Source: Candidatus Micrarchaeota archaeon | GTDB lineage: Archaea > Micrarchaeota > Micrarchaeia > Micrarchaeales > CABMGC01 | DNA: 64,000 nt | Direction of reading: 5' to 3' | Assembly: GCA_021818995.1 (NCBI GenBank) | Contig: JAKASP010000001.1 | Location: 289,252 to 353,251 of the forward strand | In this document: piece by piece, positions 1 through 10,339 of the stretch | Layout of the letters: every line of letters starts with the position of its first letter | Numbering within the stretch: the stretch's first letter is position 1 | The notes under the pieces: generated by a model | What the model was told of the DNA's origin: nothing | Seen by the model: the letters and a program-made list of their open reading frames with translations, nothing else | Database searches by the model: none | Position numbers and translations under genes: made by a program

Positions 1-99
1 AAGATCTTCATCACGAATCAGAAGAGAGTTCATCATCAAAGATATTGGCTAGGAAAAGCAATATATATTTGTGGCGGCACAATATCCTTCCGTGATTTT

Positions 100-417
100 T
101 TGGTACAGGATGTAAACTCAGGCGATTTTGAAAGCGTGGTCATAGGTTCGAAGATTCCGGTCATAGTAGACAACTGGGCACCATGGTGCGGGCCCTGCAG
201 GATCTTTACCCCGGTGCTCGAAGAGGTCTCGAAGGAGTACAACGGGAAGGTGAAGTTCGTCAAGCTGAACACTGACGACAACCAGGACATAGCCGAAAAG
301 TACAACATAATGAGCATACCTACGGTCCTCCTCTTTGAGAAGGGCGAGGTCAAGGCGATGTCCGTGGGCGCCATACCCAAGACTGAGTTCAAGAAGTGGC
401 TGGACAGCAACCTGTAA
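100..417 (+). CDS. trxA: Thioredoxin
   Basis: WCGPC active site, IPT cis-Pro loop, 105 aa; TTG start. Confidence 0.95.
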   Translation: MVQDVNSGDFESVVIGSKIPVIVDNWAPWCGPCRIFTPVLEEVSKEYNGKVKFVKLNTDDNQDIAEKYNIMSIPTVLLFEKGEVKAMSVGAIPKTEFKKWLDSNL

Positions 418-514
418 GCGTGCATCTTCCATAAAGACATATCCCGCAGCGCAAGCTTTCAAAACCATAAGATAAGTCTTTATTTGCTAACGTGCAATCC
501 TTATCGGTGATTAT

Positions 515-1786
515 TTGCAGCAGGACACGCCGAGGGGAGTAAGGGACTTTCCCCCAGCGGACGCCATCTCCTTGAAGTACATAGCCGGCGTGGCCGAGGA
601 AGTGTTCAAGCGCTTCGGGTTCTATCCGTTGGAGACCCCAGCAATAGAAAACCTGAGCGTTCTCAACGCGAAGGCGTACGGAAACGAAACAACAAAGGAG
701 ATATACAAGATAGACGGCGAGGAGACCGCGCTGAGGTACGATTTCACCGTGCCGCTCGCAAGATTCGTGGCGTCGAACAAGGACCTCATGCTGCCGTTCA
801 AGAGGTATCAGATAGGCTCAATCTGGAGGCGCGACGAGCCGCAGAAGATGAGATACAGGGAGTTCATGCAGGCTGACATAGACATAGTCGGCAGCTCGGA
901 AACAGAGAGCGACGCAGAGGTCGTCGCAGCCTCAGCGCTCGTGCTCGAGGAGCTCGGAGTCAGGAACTATGTCGTGCTCCTTAACAGCAGGCAGCTGCTG
1001 CAGCAGGTTCTGGACTACTTCAAGGTTCCCGCTGCAAAGCATGAGGGCGTGCTGCGCGTGATGGACAAGCTTCAGAAGCTCAGCAGGGCCGAAGCCCTTG
1101 CGCAGATCATCTCGCTAGGCCTCGACCAGAAGACCTCCGAAGGAATCCTTGCCTTCGTGGAACAGCAGGCGGGCAATGCGGAGAAGCTCCAGAACGTATC
1201 TGCGAACGTTGAAGGGGCCAAGGAATCTGTTGAGAAGATGCAGGAACTGCTTTCCCTGCTCGCTGAGTACAAACTGGCTGGCAAGTTTGTCGTTGACCTC
1301 AGCCTAGCGCGCGGCCTCGACTACTACACGGGCTTCATATGGGAGTTCGTTATCGAGGAGAACGGCAAGCGCCTGCCAAGCATAGGCAGCGGGGGCAGGT
1401 ACGACAACCTCATAGGCCTTTACTCCAAGAAGGCGATACCGGCAACAGGCTCCTCGCTCGGAATCAGCAGGATTTTCGATCTCATGGAGCAGAAGGACGG
1501 CAAGAAGACATATGCGAACGCCTTCGTCGCCTGGATCGGGACGCAGAACCGCGGCTATGCGATAAATGTAGCGAACACGATGCGCGGCAACGGCATATAC
1601 GTCGATATGAACGCTAGCAGCAAGAACCTGTCGAAGCAGATGGAGTACGCATCATCGCTCGGCATAAGGCGCGTGATCATAATCGGAGACAAGGAGCGCG
1701 AGGCCGGCAAGGTGAAGGTCAGGAATATGGACAGCGGCGAGGAAGAATTAATTAGCTTGCAAGAGGCAATAGAGAAAGTAAGGTGA
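515..1786 (+). CDS. hisS: Histidyl-tRNA synthetase
   Basis: PRGVRDF, LRYDFTVP, REFMQADIDIVG, RGLDYYTG and GGRYD motifs; C-terminal anticodon-binding domain. Confidence 0.97.
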   Translation: MQQDTPRGVRDFPPADAISLKYIAGVAEEVFKRFGFYPLETPAIENLSVLNAKAYGNETTKEIYKIDGEETALRYDFTVPLARFVASNKDLMLPFKRYQIGSIWRRDEPQKMRYREFMQADIDIVGSSETESDAEVVAASALVLEELGVRNYVVLLNSRQLLQQVLDYFKVPAAKHEGVLRVMDKLQKLSRAEALAQIISLGLDQKTSEGILAFVEQQAGNAEKLQNVSANVEGAKESVEKMQELLSLLAEYKLAGKFVVDLSLARGLDYYTGFIWEFVIEENGKRLPSIGSGGRYDNLIGLYSKKAIPATGSSLGISRIFDLMEQKDGKKTYANAFVAWIGTQNRGYAINVANTMRGNGIYVDMNASSKNLSKQMEYASSLGIRRVIIIGDKEREAGKVKVRNMDSGEEELISLQEAIEKVR

Positions 1787-1790
1787 GCTT

Positions 1791-2303
1791 ATGGCTAACG
1801 AGGGCAAAAGGGAAGTAGAGGAAGTGACGCAGCACGCGCTCGAGAAGGGCGGCATACTGGTCAAGCTCTACTTCGACATGGAGAGCGAGAAGCAGGACGA
1901 CCTGCAGCCGCTGATGGTCGACCTCATAAACAACAGGCTGCTCAAGACCCAAGGCGTTGTGTACTGCGTCGGAGCCATAGATGAGCCGATAAAGCTGAAG
2001 GATACATATTCGACGAGCGCACAAGTAACCGCGCTCTTCGATGGGCTATGGCCGCTCATCAACGTCATGTTCACCTTCACTCCGGCAGGCGTTGAGATAA
2101 TGAAGCCGAACAGGGACTACAACCTCAAGCAGTCGGACCTCCAGTCCCTTCTGCTCAACGTCGCCCAAGTGTCCCTAGAATACAACAACTACATACTCAG
2201 CCGCATACTCAAGAAGGAGGACTACGAGAAGATACAGGAACAGATGAAGAACAGGGAGGCACTGGGCAAGAAGCTTCTCGAAAAGAAGGACGGCAACCCA
2301 TAA
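1791..2303 (+). CDS. Hypothetical protein, probably co-transcribed with hisS
   Basis: 170-aa ORF starting 4 nt after hisS; host-like codon usage. Confidence 0.8.
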   Translation: MANEGKREVEEVTQHALEKGGILVKLYFDMESEKQDDLQPLMVDLINNRLLKTQGVVYCVGAIDEPIKLKDTYSTSAQVTALFDGLWPLINVMFTFTPAGVEIMKPNRDYNLKQSDLQSLLLNVAQVSLEYNNYILSRILKKEDYEKIQEQMKNREALGKKLLEKKDGNP

Positions 2304-2321
2304 CCTACGGGCCCTTCGTAA

Positions 2322-3425
2322 TCACTTCGCAAGCCCTCTGAGGAAGAAACGCTTCAGCATAACGCTCGGCCTGTCCATGTCCCCGTAGTTCGCGAAGAAG
2401 CTCTCGAAGCCAAGGGTCTTCGCGGCATTGATCATGAAGCCCAGCTTTCGCTCGTCGAAACTCGAGTATATCATGTTCAGGAAGCTGTGCAGCTTTATAT
2501 CAAGCCCGAAGTTCTTCCTGAAGAGCTTTTCATACGTTCCGAGCCCATCACCACGGTTGATGTAGCCCGCTATCGCCTTGGCTGCCATCCTCGCCGCGTT
2601 GCCCCCAAAGACGATCCCGCCTCCGGTGGTCGGTTTGACCTGGCCAGCAGCATCTCCTACAAGCACAACCTCGTTCTTGGCATCGACGACCTTCCTCACG
2701 GTCTGCATAGGTATCAGGCTCGCGTAGCCGTCGAGCATCTTCGCCCCAGCGATTCTCCCAGCTATGTCCTTCATCCTCACGAACTTCTCGAACGCGGCTT
2801 TGCTGTTTCCGTGCCTGCCGTCGATGCCTATCCCTATCTCGAGCACGTCCTTTGAGTTCGGGCACGCCCAAGCGAAGAACTTGGGTGCCAGGCTGTTGTC
2901 GAAGTAAAGGTCCACTGCGCGCGGGTCTTCCACGCTTACGTTGTATTCCGCCTTGTACGTGAGCGTGTATCTCTCTATGGAGCCCATTGAGAAATGTTTC
3001 GCCACAGCGGAGAGCGGCCCGTCGGCTCCGACGAGCACGCTGCTTCTGTGCAGCTCCTCAAGCATGTCGTCGTTTATCTTGGTCCCGAGTTCCGCTTTCG
3101 CGCCTGCACTCACAGCCTCTTCATAGCAGACAAGGTTCAATTTCTCGCGGTCAAGAACATGCGCCTGCGGTTTCCTTGACATCACCTTCATTACGGCTCC
3201 GCCGGCATGTATGTTCGCTCCGAAAAGCTCATTCGTCACAGCCTTCCGGTAGCCTATTCCAAGGCTTTCAAGCCCATTGATCGAGATTATGCCGCTCGCC
3301 TTTGGCGGGTATCCAAGCCTTGACTTCTGGTCATAGACCCGCGTCGCAATCCCCGCGGCAGCAAGGTCCCTCGCAGCGATAAGCCCCGAAGTTCCGGCCC
3401 CGATTACCGACACATTATCATGCAT
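2322..3425 (-). CDS. Geranylgeranyl reductase-family FAD-dependent oxidoreductase
   Basis: GAGTSG Rossmann motif, LDRE, GADG, VGDAAGQVKPTTGGG. Confidence 0.88.
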   Translation of the reverse strand: MHDNVSVIGAGTSGLIAARDLAAAGIATRVYDQKSRLGYPPKASGIISINGLESLGIGYRKAVTNELFGANIHAGGAVMKVMSRKPQAHVLDREKLNLVCYEEAVSAGAKAELGTKINDDMLEELHRSSVLVGADGPLSAVAKHFSMGSIERYTLTYKAEYNVSVEDPRAVDLYFDNSLAPKFFAWACPNSKDVLEIGIGIDGRHGNSKAAFEKFVRMKDIAGRIAGAKMLDGYASLIPMQTVRKVVDAKNEVVLVGDAAGQVKPTTGGGIVFGGNAARMAAKAIAGYINRGDGLGTYEKLFRKNFGLDIKLHSFLNMIYSSFDERKLGFMINAAKTLGFESFFANYGDMDRPSVMLKRFFLRGLAK

Positions 3426-3492
3426 TTCAGCAACGATTATTTTTGGTTTATATACCTTATTATAGTATATATCTCAACTCGAGTTTTTTTGC

Positions 3493-6400
3493 ATGAGCGT
3501 GCTCCTGTCTGCGTTAATCGCGCTAATATCGATAATCCTTCCAGGCTTCTTCCTTGCACTAGCGCTGCTGAAAAAAACGAAGCTGAACATGATAGAGATA
3601 GGAGTCATCGGCTTCATGTTCGGCCTTATCTTCCCTCCGACGCTGACATGGCTCGAATCTTACATGATGAACTACGTCCACGTCTTCTCGTTCTCGGCAA
3701 GCCTTTACGCCGCGAACGTGATCATACTAACTATAATTGGCATAGCGCTCTGCGTGCAGCAGGGCGTGATAGACATCGGCGCCTTCGCCTCGAAGCCGAC
3801 CAGCAAGATAGCCGCCGAGGCAAACACGCTCTATAAGCAGAGGCTCGCCCAGCTTAGGGTAAAGATCGCTGAGTTGGGAATAGAGGCAAGCATTGTAAGC
3901 GACCACAAGAAGGAGGAAGAGAACCTTGCGAGCAAGCACGCAGACGAGATGCGAAAGGCCCAGGGACTCCCTGCAGACGAACGATCAAGGCTCGAGTCGA
4001 TGCACGCTTCCGAGGAGAAGCGGCTGATAGAAGAGCACGAGCGCGAGGAGAAGACGCTGCTCCAAGGTGGCGACCGAAAGAAGATGAGATCCAATGTGAT
4101 ATGGGGCGTGCTGCTCTTTCTCATGATATTCACCTTCGCCACAAGGATGTTCAGCATAGGGATAGCGCCGCACTTCTTCGAGTTCGACCCCTATTTCGAC
4201 ATGCAAAGCACGGAATTCCTGCTAACTCACGGATACCAGTGGCTCTACGACACCTCCGCTTGGCCCACAGCGATAAATGGCACGCCGCACAGGATAGAGC
4301 CGATAGTGCCATACCTTGAGGCGTACTGGTACCAGATCAGCAATCCGTCATCCAGCCAGATAGACACGACGCTGCTGAGCAACGTTAGCAGCCTCTATCC
4401 TCCTATCACCGCCGCATTGCTCGTCTTCATAGTCTTCATGTTCCTTTACCACATGTACGGCGAATATCCTGCGATAATAGGAGCCGCGCTAGCTACCGCA
4501 ATGCCCGCGATCATCACTACGTTCATAGCCGGCGAGCAGCTCGTGGAACCTTGGGGCATCTTCGCTATGTTCTTCTTCTATGCAGCTTACCTGCTAGCAG
4601 TGCAGAATCCTAAGGAGAAGCGCTTCGCGATACTCGCAGGAATAGCGTTCGCAGCATCGTTCCTCGGCGCGCACTACTACACGGTCATAGCGGGCGTCTT
4701 CGCCATCTACATAGCGATACAGGGGGTCGTCGACGTGCTGAGGAAGAGGGAGATGCGCGACTTCTACGTGATGAACGGGATAATCATAGGCATAATAGCA
4801 TTCTTCTACATACTCTTCGATCCCTACAACACAGTTCTCACGAACAAGATACCTGGAGTTCTCGGCATACCAATCATAGTCTCCTTCCCGCTTCTCGCGC
4901 TTATTCTTGTCTTCCTGTACGAGCGCATACCGGTGCTGGCTAAGGCGCGTGGCTACATCAAGACGATAGACCTCAATTTCTATCTTGTCTGGCTCGTGGC
5001 AGTGGCGCTTGCGGCCATACTGCTCATAGCCTTCACGCCCCTAGGCACTTCCGTAGACAGGTATCTCGCGCTGAGCACGCACTACACCACGCCTTCGATA
5101 GCGCTCTTCATGACAGTGCAGGAGTACGCACCTACAGGTTTCAACTTCGACTTCGGGTCCGCAGGTTTCGGGCCCATAGGCGCCAGCGTCTTCGGAGTGA
5201 ACGCAATAGTCTGGTTCGTGTTGATAGTCTTCACGATTCTCTCAGGCATAGCGGTGCTCAACAGGGATTCTAAGGGTGGCATACTTGCCTGGGCAGCCGT
5301 ATGGCCGCTCGCCATAGCCGGCATGATTGAGATAAAGTACCTGCCGCACTTCGGCGTCGGCTACATACTCGCTTTCAGCATCATAATCGGCGAGCTCCTG
5401 CTCATGACAAAAGGGAAGGAGAAGGACCTCAGCAGGCTCATCGTCCTCGGCTTCGGGGTCTTCGTCGTGCTCCTGGAGTTCACAGTATTCATAAGCGTCT
5501 TCTCTGCGGTTGGAGTCCCGTGCTCGACAATCAGCTCTCAGGGCAACTCCATAGGTTTTGACCTCTTCTGCAACACGGTTCCCACTGCATGGATAAACGC
5601 GCTGGCATGGATGAAGCAGAACGTGGGGCCAAACGCTCCGCGCGTCCTCTCGTGGTGGGACTACGGCGACTGGATAAACTGGTTCGGCAACAGCAACGCT
5701 GTGCTGCGAGGCGACAACTCAATAGCAAAGCTTGACTACCAGACAGCAGCACAGTATGTCCTCGGATCAAAGGAGGGCTACGGACCCGCAAGCCTGGCCA
5801 ACTTCTCCAACAGCGTCGTCTATGCAAAGTACGTGCTCTTCGACGACCAGATAACAGCGAAGTGGCAGGCTCTCAACTTCCTCGCCTGCGTCGACACCAA
5901 CCAGACAAGCCGCGCCTTCGCCATACAGGCTGCAAACGGCACAGGGCAGCCTTACCTTCTGGGCAGCTCGCAGTGTGAACTCAGCCACGCACCCGCATAT
6001 GTGCTTCTGCCAGCATCTACGAGCAGCATAAACAGCTACTGCCAGTTCTCAGGAAAGAACGTGGCCGCGCTAAAGACGCTCCTGCTTGCTGACAACCAGC
6101 TCTCGAACACAACCTACTGCGCGCCCACGAACTTCACCAACGGCCCAGTGCGGCTGCTCGACACGAACGGAAACGAGACCAACATACTGCTTGTGCCAAC
6201 CGCACAGTTCTTCGCAGGCGTAAACAACCTCGGAGGGCAGCAGTTCCTCACATTCATACCACTGTACCTGCCGAACGGCCCCAACGACACGATAACAAAC
6301 GCGCCGTCGCAGTTCTACAACTCCAACTACTACCGCGGCTTCTACCTCGGCAACCTTCCTGGCTTCCATCTAGCGTATCCCACGAACTTCACGGGCGTGA

Positions 6401-6519
6401 ACTACGTCAACGGCACCTGGCCGGTCATGATATACGAGCTTGACAACTACACCGGTCCACTGCCAGCTGTGGCGCCAAAACCGGCGTGGGTCGTGAACAA
6501 CTTCACGATGCCCGGCTAG
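3493..6519 (+). CDS. aglB: Oligosaccharyltransferase AglB (STT3 family) with an N-terminal extension
   Basis: EFDPYF, multiple TM helices, TVQE and WWDYG motifs. Confidence 0.93.
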   Translation: MSVLLSALIALISIILPGFFLALALLKKTKLNMIEIGVIGFMFGLIFPPTLTWLESYMMNYVHVFSFSASLYAANVIILTIIGIALCVQQGVIDIGAFASKPTSKIAAEANTLYKQRLAQLRVKIAELGIEASIVSDHKKEEENLASKHADEMRKAQGLPADERSRLESMHASEEKRLIEEHEREEKTLLQGGDRKKMRSNVIWGVLLFLMIFTFATRMFSIGIAPHFFEFDPYFDMQSTEFLLTHGYQWLYDTSAWPTAINGTPHRIEPIVPYLEAYWYQISNPSSSQIDTTLLSNVSSLYPPITAALLVFIVFMFLYHMYGEYPAIIGAALATAMPAIITTFIAGEQLVEPWGIFAMFFFYAAYLLAVQNPKEKRFAILAGIAFAASFLGAHYYTVIAGVFAIYIAIQGVVDVLRKREMRDFYVMNGIIIGIIAFFYILFDPYNTVLTNKIPGVLGIPIIVSFPLLALILVFLYERIPVLAKARGYIKTIDLNFYLVWLVAVALAAILLIAFTPLGTSVDRYLALSTHYTTPSIALFMTVQEYAPTGFNFDFGSAGFGPIGASVFGVNAIVWFVLIVFTILSGIAVLNRDSKGGILAWAAVWPLAIAGMIEIKYLPHFGVGYILAFSIIIGELLLMTKGKEKDLSRLIVLGFGVFVVLLEFTVFISVFSAVGVPCSTISSQGNSIGFDLFCNTVPTAWINALAWMKQNVGPNAPRVLSWWDYGDWINWFGNSNAVLRGDNSIAKLDYQTAAQYVLGSKEGYGPASLANFSNSVVYAKYVLFDDQITAKWQALNFLACVDTNQTSRAFAIQAANGTGQPYLLGSSQCELSHAPAYVLLPASTSSINSYCQFSGKNVAALKTLLLADNQLSNTTYCAPTNFTNGPVRLLDTNGNETNILLVPTAQFFAGVNNLGGQQFLTFIPLYLPNGPNDTITNAPSQFYNSNYYRGFYLGNLPGFHLAYPTNFTGVNYVNGTWPVMIYELDNYTGPLPAVAPKPAWVVNNFTMPG

Positions 6520-6560
6520 CCTTCGCAAGACTTAAAATTCTTTGACACCATAGCTTTAGC

Positions 6561-7073
6561 ATGGGGGTAAACCAGGACGACGTCAAGGCCGCGAAGAGCA
6601 TACTCTGGTCCGACGAGAACGTAGTTGTGACAGTGAGGCAGAGGAGGGTCGGGCCTGGAGGGGCGATGACCACCCCGACATCTGTTCTAGCTACGGACAA
6701 GCGCATAATAATACTCAACAGGGCTACGCTGGGAATAAGGCAGGACTATGAGGCAATCCCCTACAACCAGATAACCAGCGTCAGGCTGGAGCACGGCATA
6801 ATATCCTCATCTGTATTCATAAGGGTCCAGGGCTATTCCACAGACAAGGGCCTTCTCAAGAACGGGAAGCAGGAGGGTGAGATCGACGGGCTCAACAACA
6901 AGGACGCCCAGGAACTCGCAGACTTCGTGAACAAGAAGCTCGAGGACAATGTCTCTGCGGAACCCGAGGGAGGCGCTTCGGGAGGGCCGGGCGGCATCTT
7001 CTGCCCGAAATGCGGAGCCAGGAACCCCGCGGGCTCCAGGTTCTGTGAAAAGTGCGGAGAAAAGCTTTCCTAG
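6561..7073 (+). CDS. Bacterial-type PH domain protein with a C-terminal zinc ribbon
   Basis: LATDKRII...IPYNQITSV PH-like pattern; CPKCG...CEKCG. Confidence 0.75.
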   Translation: MGVNQDDVKAAKSILWSDENVVVTVRQRRVGPGGAMTTPTSVLATDKRIIILNRATLGIRQDYEAIPYNQITSVRLEHGIISSSVFIRVQGYSTDKGLLKNGKQEGEIDGLNNKDAQELADFVNKKLEDNVSAEPEGGASGGPGGIFCPKCGARNPAGSRFCEKCGEKLS

Positions 7074-7193
7074 AACGACGGCAGGAAAGGTATAAAAACC
7101 TGTTCGTGCATAAAGTATGATTGTATACCCATAAAAAATACAATGCAGTTTTGACACGTTTTTTGTGGCAATTTACGCTAATTGAGTGAAACT

Positions 7194-8852
7194 ATGGCAG
7201 AAAACCAGCTAGGACAACAGTACATGATACTACCGGAGGGAGCGAGCAGGATACTTGGCAGGGAGGCGCAGAGGACCAACATAGCGGTCGGATACGCCGT
7301 GGCCAGCATAGTGAGGAGCACGCTCGGACCCAAGGGAATGGACAAGATGCTTGTGAGCGAGCTCGGCGACATAGTCATAACAAACGACGGCGCCTCGATA
7401 CTCGAGGAAATGAACGTGGAGCACCCCGTTGCGAAGCTCATGGTCGAGATTGCGAAGAGCCAGGACAAGGAGGTGGGCGACGGGACCACAACCGCAGTGA
7501 TAATCGCGGGCGAACTCCTGAAGAACGCCGGCGACCTGATAGAGAAGGGCATAAACCCGAACACGATAATCAAGGGTTACGAGATGGCGGCCGAGAAGTC
7601 GAAGGGCCTTCTTGACGAGTGCTCTAGCAGCGTGACGCTCAACGACGACGACAAACTCGAGAAGATAGCGATGGTCTCCGTGGGCTCGAAGAACATAGGC
7701 AACGACTCCACAAGGAAATACCTCTCGAAGCTTGCGATACAGGCGATAAAGCAGGTGGCGGAGAAGAAGGGCGACAAGGTAACGATAGACAAGGACTTCA
7801 TAAAGCTCGAGAAGAAGGAAGGCGGCAGCGTCGAGGAGACGCAGTACATAAACGGCGTGCTTGTCGACAAGGAAATTGCCCAGTCTGGCATGCCAAAGTC
7901 GATAAAGAACGCTAAGATAGCGCTGCTTGACCTGGCTCTCGAGATAGAGAAGACCGAGACAGATGCGAGGATAGAGATAACATCTCCGGATCAGATGCAG
8001 TCGTTCCTGCAGCAGGAGGAGAAGATGCTGAAGAACATGGCGGACAAGGCTGCGAAGAGCGGCGCTAACGTGATCTTCGTGCAGAAGGGCATAGACGACG
8101 TGGCGCAGCACTACCTCTCGAAGGCAGGCATGATGGCCGTTAGGCGCGTGAAGAAGAGCGACATGGAGAAGCTGGCTAAGGCAACTGGCGCAAAGGTGAT
8201 AACGAGCCTTGACGACCTGACCCCGAGCGACCTCGGATTCGCAGGCCTGGTTGAGGAGAGGAAGGTGTCGGGCGAGCAGATGGTCTTCGTGGAGAAGTGC
8301 AAGGATCCAAAGAGCGTCACGATATTCCTGCGTGGAGGCACCAAGCAGGTTGTCGATGAGACCGAGCGCGCGCTAACTGACGAGATAGGTGCGCTTACGA
8401 GCGCACTCGAGGTCGGCAAGTACGTGTACGGTGGCGGCAGCACAGAGGAGTTTGTTGCAAAGGGCCTGCGCGACTACGCGAACAACGTGGGCGGCAGGGA
8501 GCAGCTCGCTATACAGTCGTTCGCAGACGCACTGGAGGCGATTCCAAAGACGCTTGCGGATAGCTCGGGCATGGATGCGATAGACACAATAGTGCAGTTG
8601 AGGAGCAAGCAGAAGGGCAAGGAGGGCAGGAGCTACGGCGTCGACGTCCACAGGGGAGTTATCGGCGACATGGACAAGATTGGAGTCATAGAACCTGTGA
8701 AGATAAAGCTCCAGGCTATATCGAGCGCCATGGAGGCGAGTGTGCAGATCCTCAGGATAGACGACATGATAAGCAGCAAGGGCAGCAGGCCTGCAGGCGG
8801 AGGGGGAATGCCTGGCGGCATGCCCGGTGGCGGAATGGGAGAGGTAGACTGA
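7194..8852 (+). CDS. ths: Thermosome (group II chaperonin) subunit
   Basis: TLGPKGMDKML, ITNDGASIL, GDGTTT; GGM-rich tail; ATG at 7194 preferred. Confidence 0.97.
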   Translation: MAENQLGQQYMILPEGASRILGREAQRTNIAVGYAVASIVRSTLGPKGMDKMLVSELGDIVITNDGASILEEMNVEHPVAKLMVEIAKSQDKEVGDGTTTAVIIAGELLKNAGDLIEKGINPNTIIKGYEMAAEKSKGLLDECSSSVTLNDDDKLEKIAMVSVGSKNIGNDSTRKYLSKLAIQAIKQVAEKKGDKVTIDKDFIKLEKKEGGSVEETQYINGVLVDKEIAQSGMPKSIKNAKIALLDLALEIEKTETDARIEITSPDQMQSFLQQEEKMLKNMADKAAKSGANVIFVQKGIDDVAQHYLSKAGMMAVRRVKKSDMEKLAKATGAKVITSLDDLTPSDLGFAGLVEERKVSGEQMVFVEKCKDPKSVTIFLRGGTKQVVDETERALTDEIGALTSALEVGKYVYGGGSTEEFVAKGLRDYANNVGGREQLAIQSFADALEAIPKTLADSSGMDAIDTIVQLRSKQKGKEGRSYGVDVHRGVIGDMDKIGVIEPVKIKLQAISSAMEASVQILRIDDMISSKGSRPAGGGGMPGGMPGGGMGEVD

Positions 8853-8908
8853 GCCCGGCTCGTCTTCCTCTTTTATACCTTTCCCGCCAACTTATACTGA
8901 GTGCTCAG

Positions 8909-9478
8909 ATGGCTAAGCTTTTCCTGGTCTTCGGCACCGAGGGTGCTGGAAAGACAACTTTGCTGAAGGGAATAAGGTCAGCCAAGGCAGTTAGCATAGG
9001 CACCGAGATGCACAACGCATACTCGAGGAGGTTCGGGGTAAAGGACAGGGATGCTGTGAAGAACAAGGAGCTCACCACTTACGACGAGATGGTGGGCATA
9101 AGGAATGCAATACTCAAGAAGCTCGCAGGCTCTCCTGGCACGATAGCGCTGGACACGCACGCGAGCTTGAAGGCAGGTGACGGCTACATAGCCGGCCTCT
9201 CGATCCGCGATTTCGACGCGTTGAGGGGAAAGGTTAAGGCTATAATCTACGTGGATGCAGACTCCGAGCAGATACTCAATAGGAGGAAGAAGGACAAGAG
9301 CAGGAAACGTGAGCGCGACAGCAGGGAGGAGCTCGACACTTACAGAGGCATAAACCTGATGTTCACCACCCTATACTCTTTATACCTTCAAGTGCCGATA
9401 TACATGATAAGAAACAACGACAAGGGGATCGCCGCGGCGCGGAAACGCGTCGAAGAGATAATCAGGGGCGCGAAGTGA
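8909..9478 (+). CDS. adkA: Archaeal adenylate kinase
   Basis: P-loop GTEGAGKTT, DTH motif, RRxxDxSRxR lid; usual position ahead of DUF106-L34e-cmk-L14e. Confidence 0.85.
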   Translation: MAKLFLVFGTEGAGKTTLLKGIRSAKAVSIGTEMHNAYSRRFGVKDRDAVKNKELTTYDEMVGIRNAILKKLAGSPGTIALDTHASLKAGDGYIAGLSIRDFDALRGKVKAIIYVDADSEQILNRRKKDKSRKRERDSREELDTYRGINLMFTTLYSLYLQVPIYMIRNNDKGIAAARKRVEEIIRGAK

Positions 9479-9482
9479 AACG

Positions 9483-9950
9483 ATGGTAGTAGGAATAGAG
9501 ATAACGGTAATAGCAGTTGTCTATGTGCTCTTCTCAGTCTTCACCCAGCGCAAGCTCATAGACATGAAGCGCATGCAGGAAGTGCAGGAGGTGATCAAGG
9601 CCAAGAGCAAGGAGCTGAACGACATGGCCAAGCAGAGGGTGAGCCAGGAGGTGCTTATGGCGAAGCAGAAGGAGATAACCACGCTGCTCGGGCAGAGCAT
9701 GAAGTCGCAGCTCAAGCCAATGTTCGTCGTGCTTCCTATCTTCTTTGTGATGTATTACCTTGTCTTCCCAGCCGTGTTCGTCACAAACCCGAACGTGACC
9801 GTGCCAATAATATCAATGACAATGAACTACAAGTCGTACTTCATACTCGTCGCCTTCGTCCTGGGACTTCTGCTCACAGGCGTGCTCATGCTACGCGACC
9901 GGATGAGGTTAGCGAAGGAGAAGAAGCAGGCAGAGAGCGCCGAGCAGTAA
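9483..9950 (+). CDS. DUF106/EMC3-TMCO1 (Oxa1 superfamily) membrane insertase-like protein
   Basis: TM helix, coiled coil, KPMF, two further TM helices; conserved synteny. Confidence 0.85.
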   Translation: MVVGIEITVIAVVYVLFSVFTQRKLIDMKRMQEVQEVIKAKSKELNDMAKQRVSQEVLMAKQKEITTLLGQSMKSQLKPMFVVLPIFFVMYYLVFPAVFVTNPNVTVPIISMTMNYKSYFILVAFVLGLLLTGVLMLRDRMRLAKEKKQAESAEQ

Positions 9951-10001
9951 GTTATTTATGCCTTTGACGAGCATGTTTATCCTATATTTTTGGTCATCAG
10001 C

Positions 10002-10328
10002 ATGCCCAAACCAATGCATAGGTCCAGAAGCTACAGGAGGCTAGACAGGGTAGCGCGTAGCGGAAGGCATCTGCTGCACTACGAGAGGAAGAAGGCGAGC
10101 ATGCCGCACTGCGCCATCTGCGGATCAGAGCTTAACGGCATAAACATAGGGAAGAACGCAAAGGGGAAGAGCAGGAAGAGCAACTCAAGGATATTCGGAG
10201 GGGTCCTGTGCGCGACTTGCACATCAGAGGTGGTGAAGCTTGCCAGCAGGATAGAGAACGGGGAGATGCGCGTGAACGACATAGGCACGAGGCAGAAGAC
10301 CTACGTGCTCCAGATGATCGCCCACTGA
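10002..10328 (+). CDS. rpl34e: 50S ribosomal protein L34e
   Basis: CAICGSELNG...RIFGGVLCATC. Confidence 0.93.
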   Translation: MPKPMHRSRSYRRLDRVARSGRHLLHYERKKASMPHCAICGSELNGINIGKNAKGKSRKSNSRIFGGVLCATCTSEVVKLASRIENGEMRVNDIGTRQKTYVLQMIAH

Positions 10329-10339
10329 CCAGTGGTTAA

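Noticed and set aside
1..52. 3' end of an upstream gene
   Set aside because: Too short to fix the frame or product.
7230..8111. Long antisense ORFs (also 26207-27148, 37984-38922, 46138-47220, 47418-48341)
   Set aside because: They are shadows of well-supported genes on the opposite strand, expected from GC-rich third positions.
8790..8845. Short tandem repeats in the thermosome tail, and in TRAM at 43735-43790
   Set aside because: They encode ordinary GGM and RGD/RGG low-complexity peptide.
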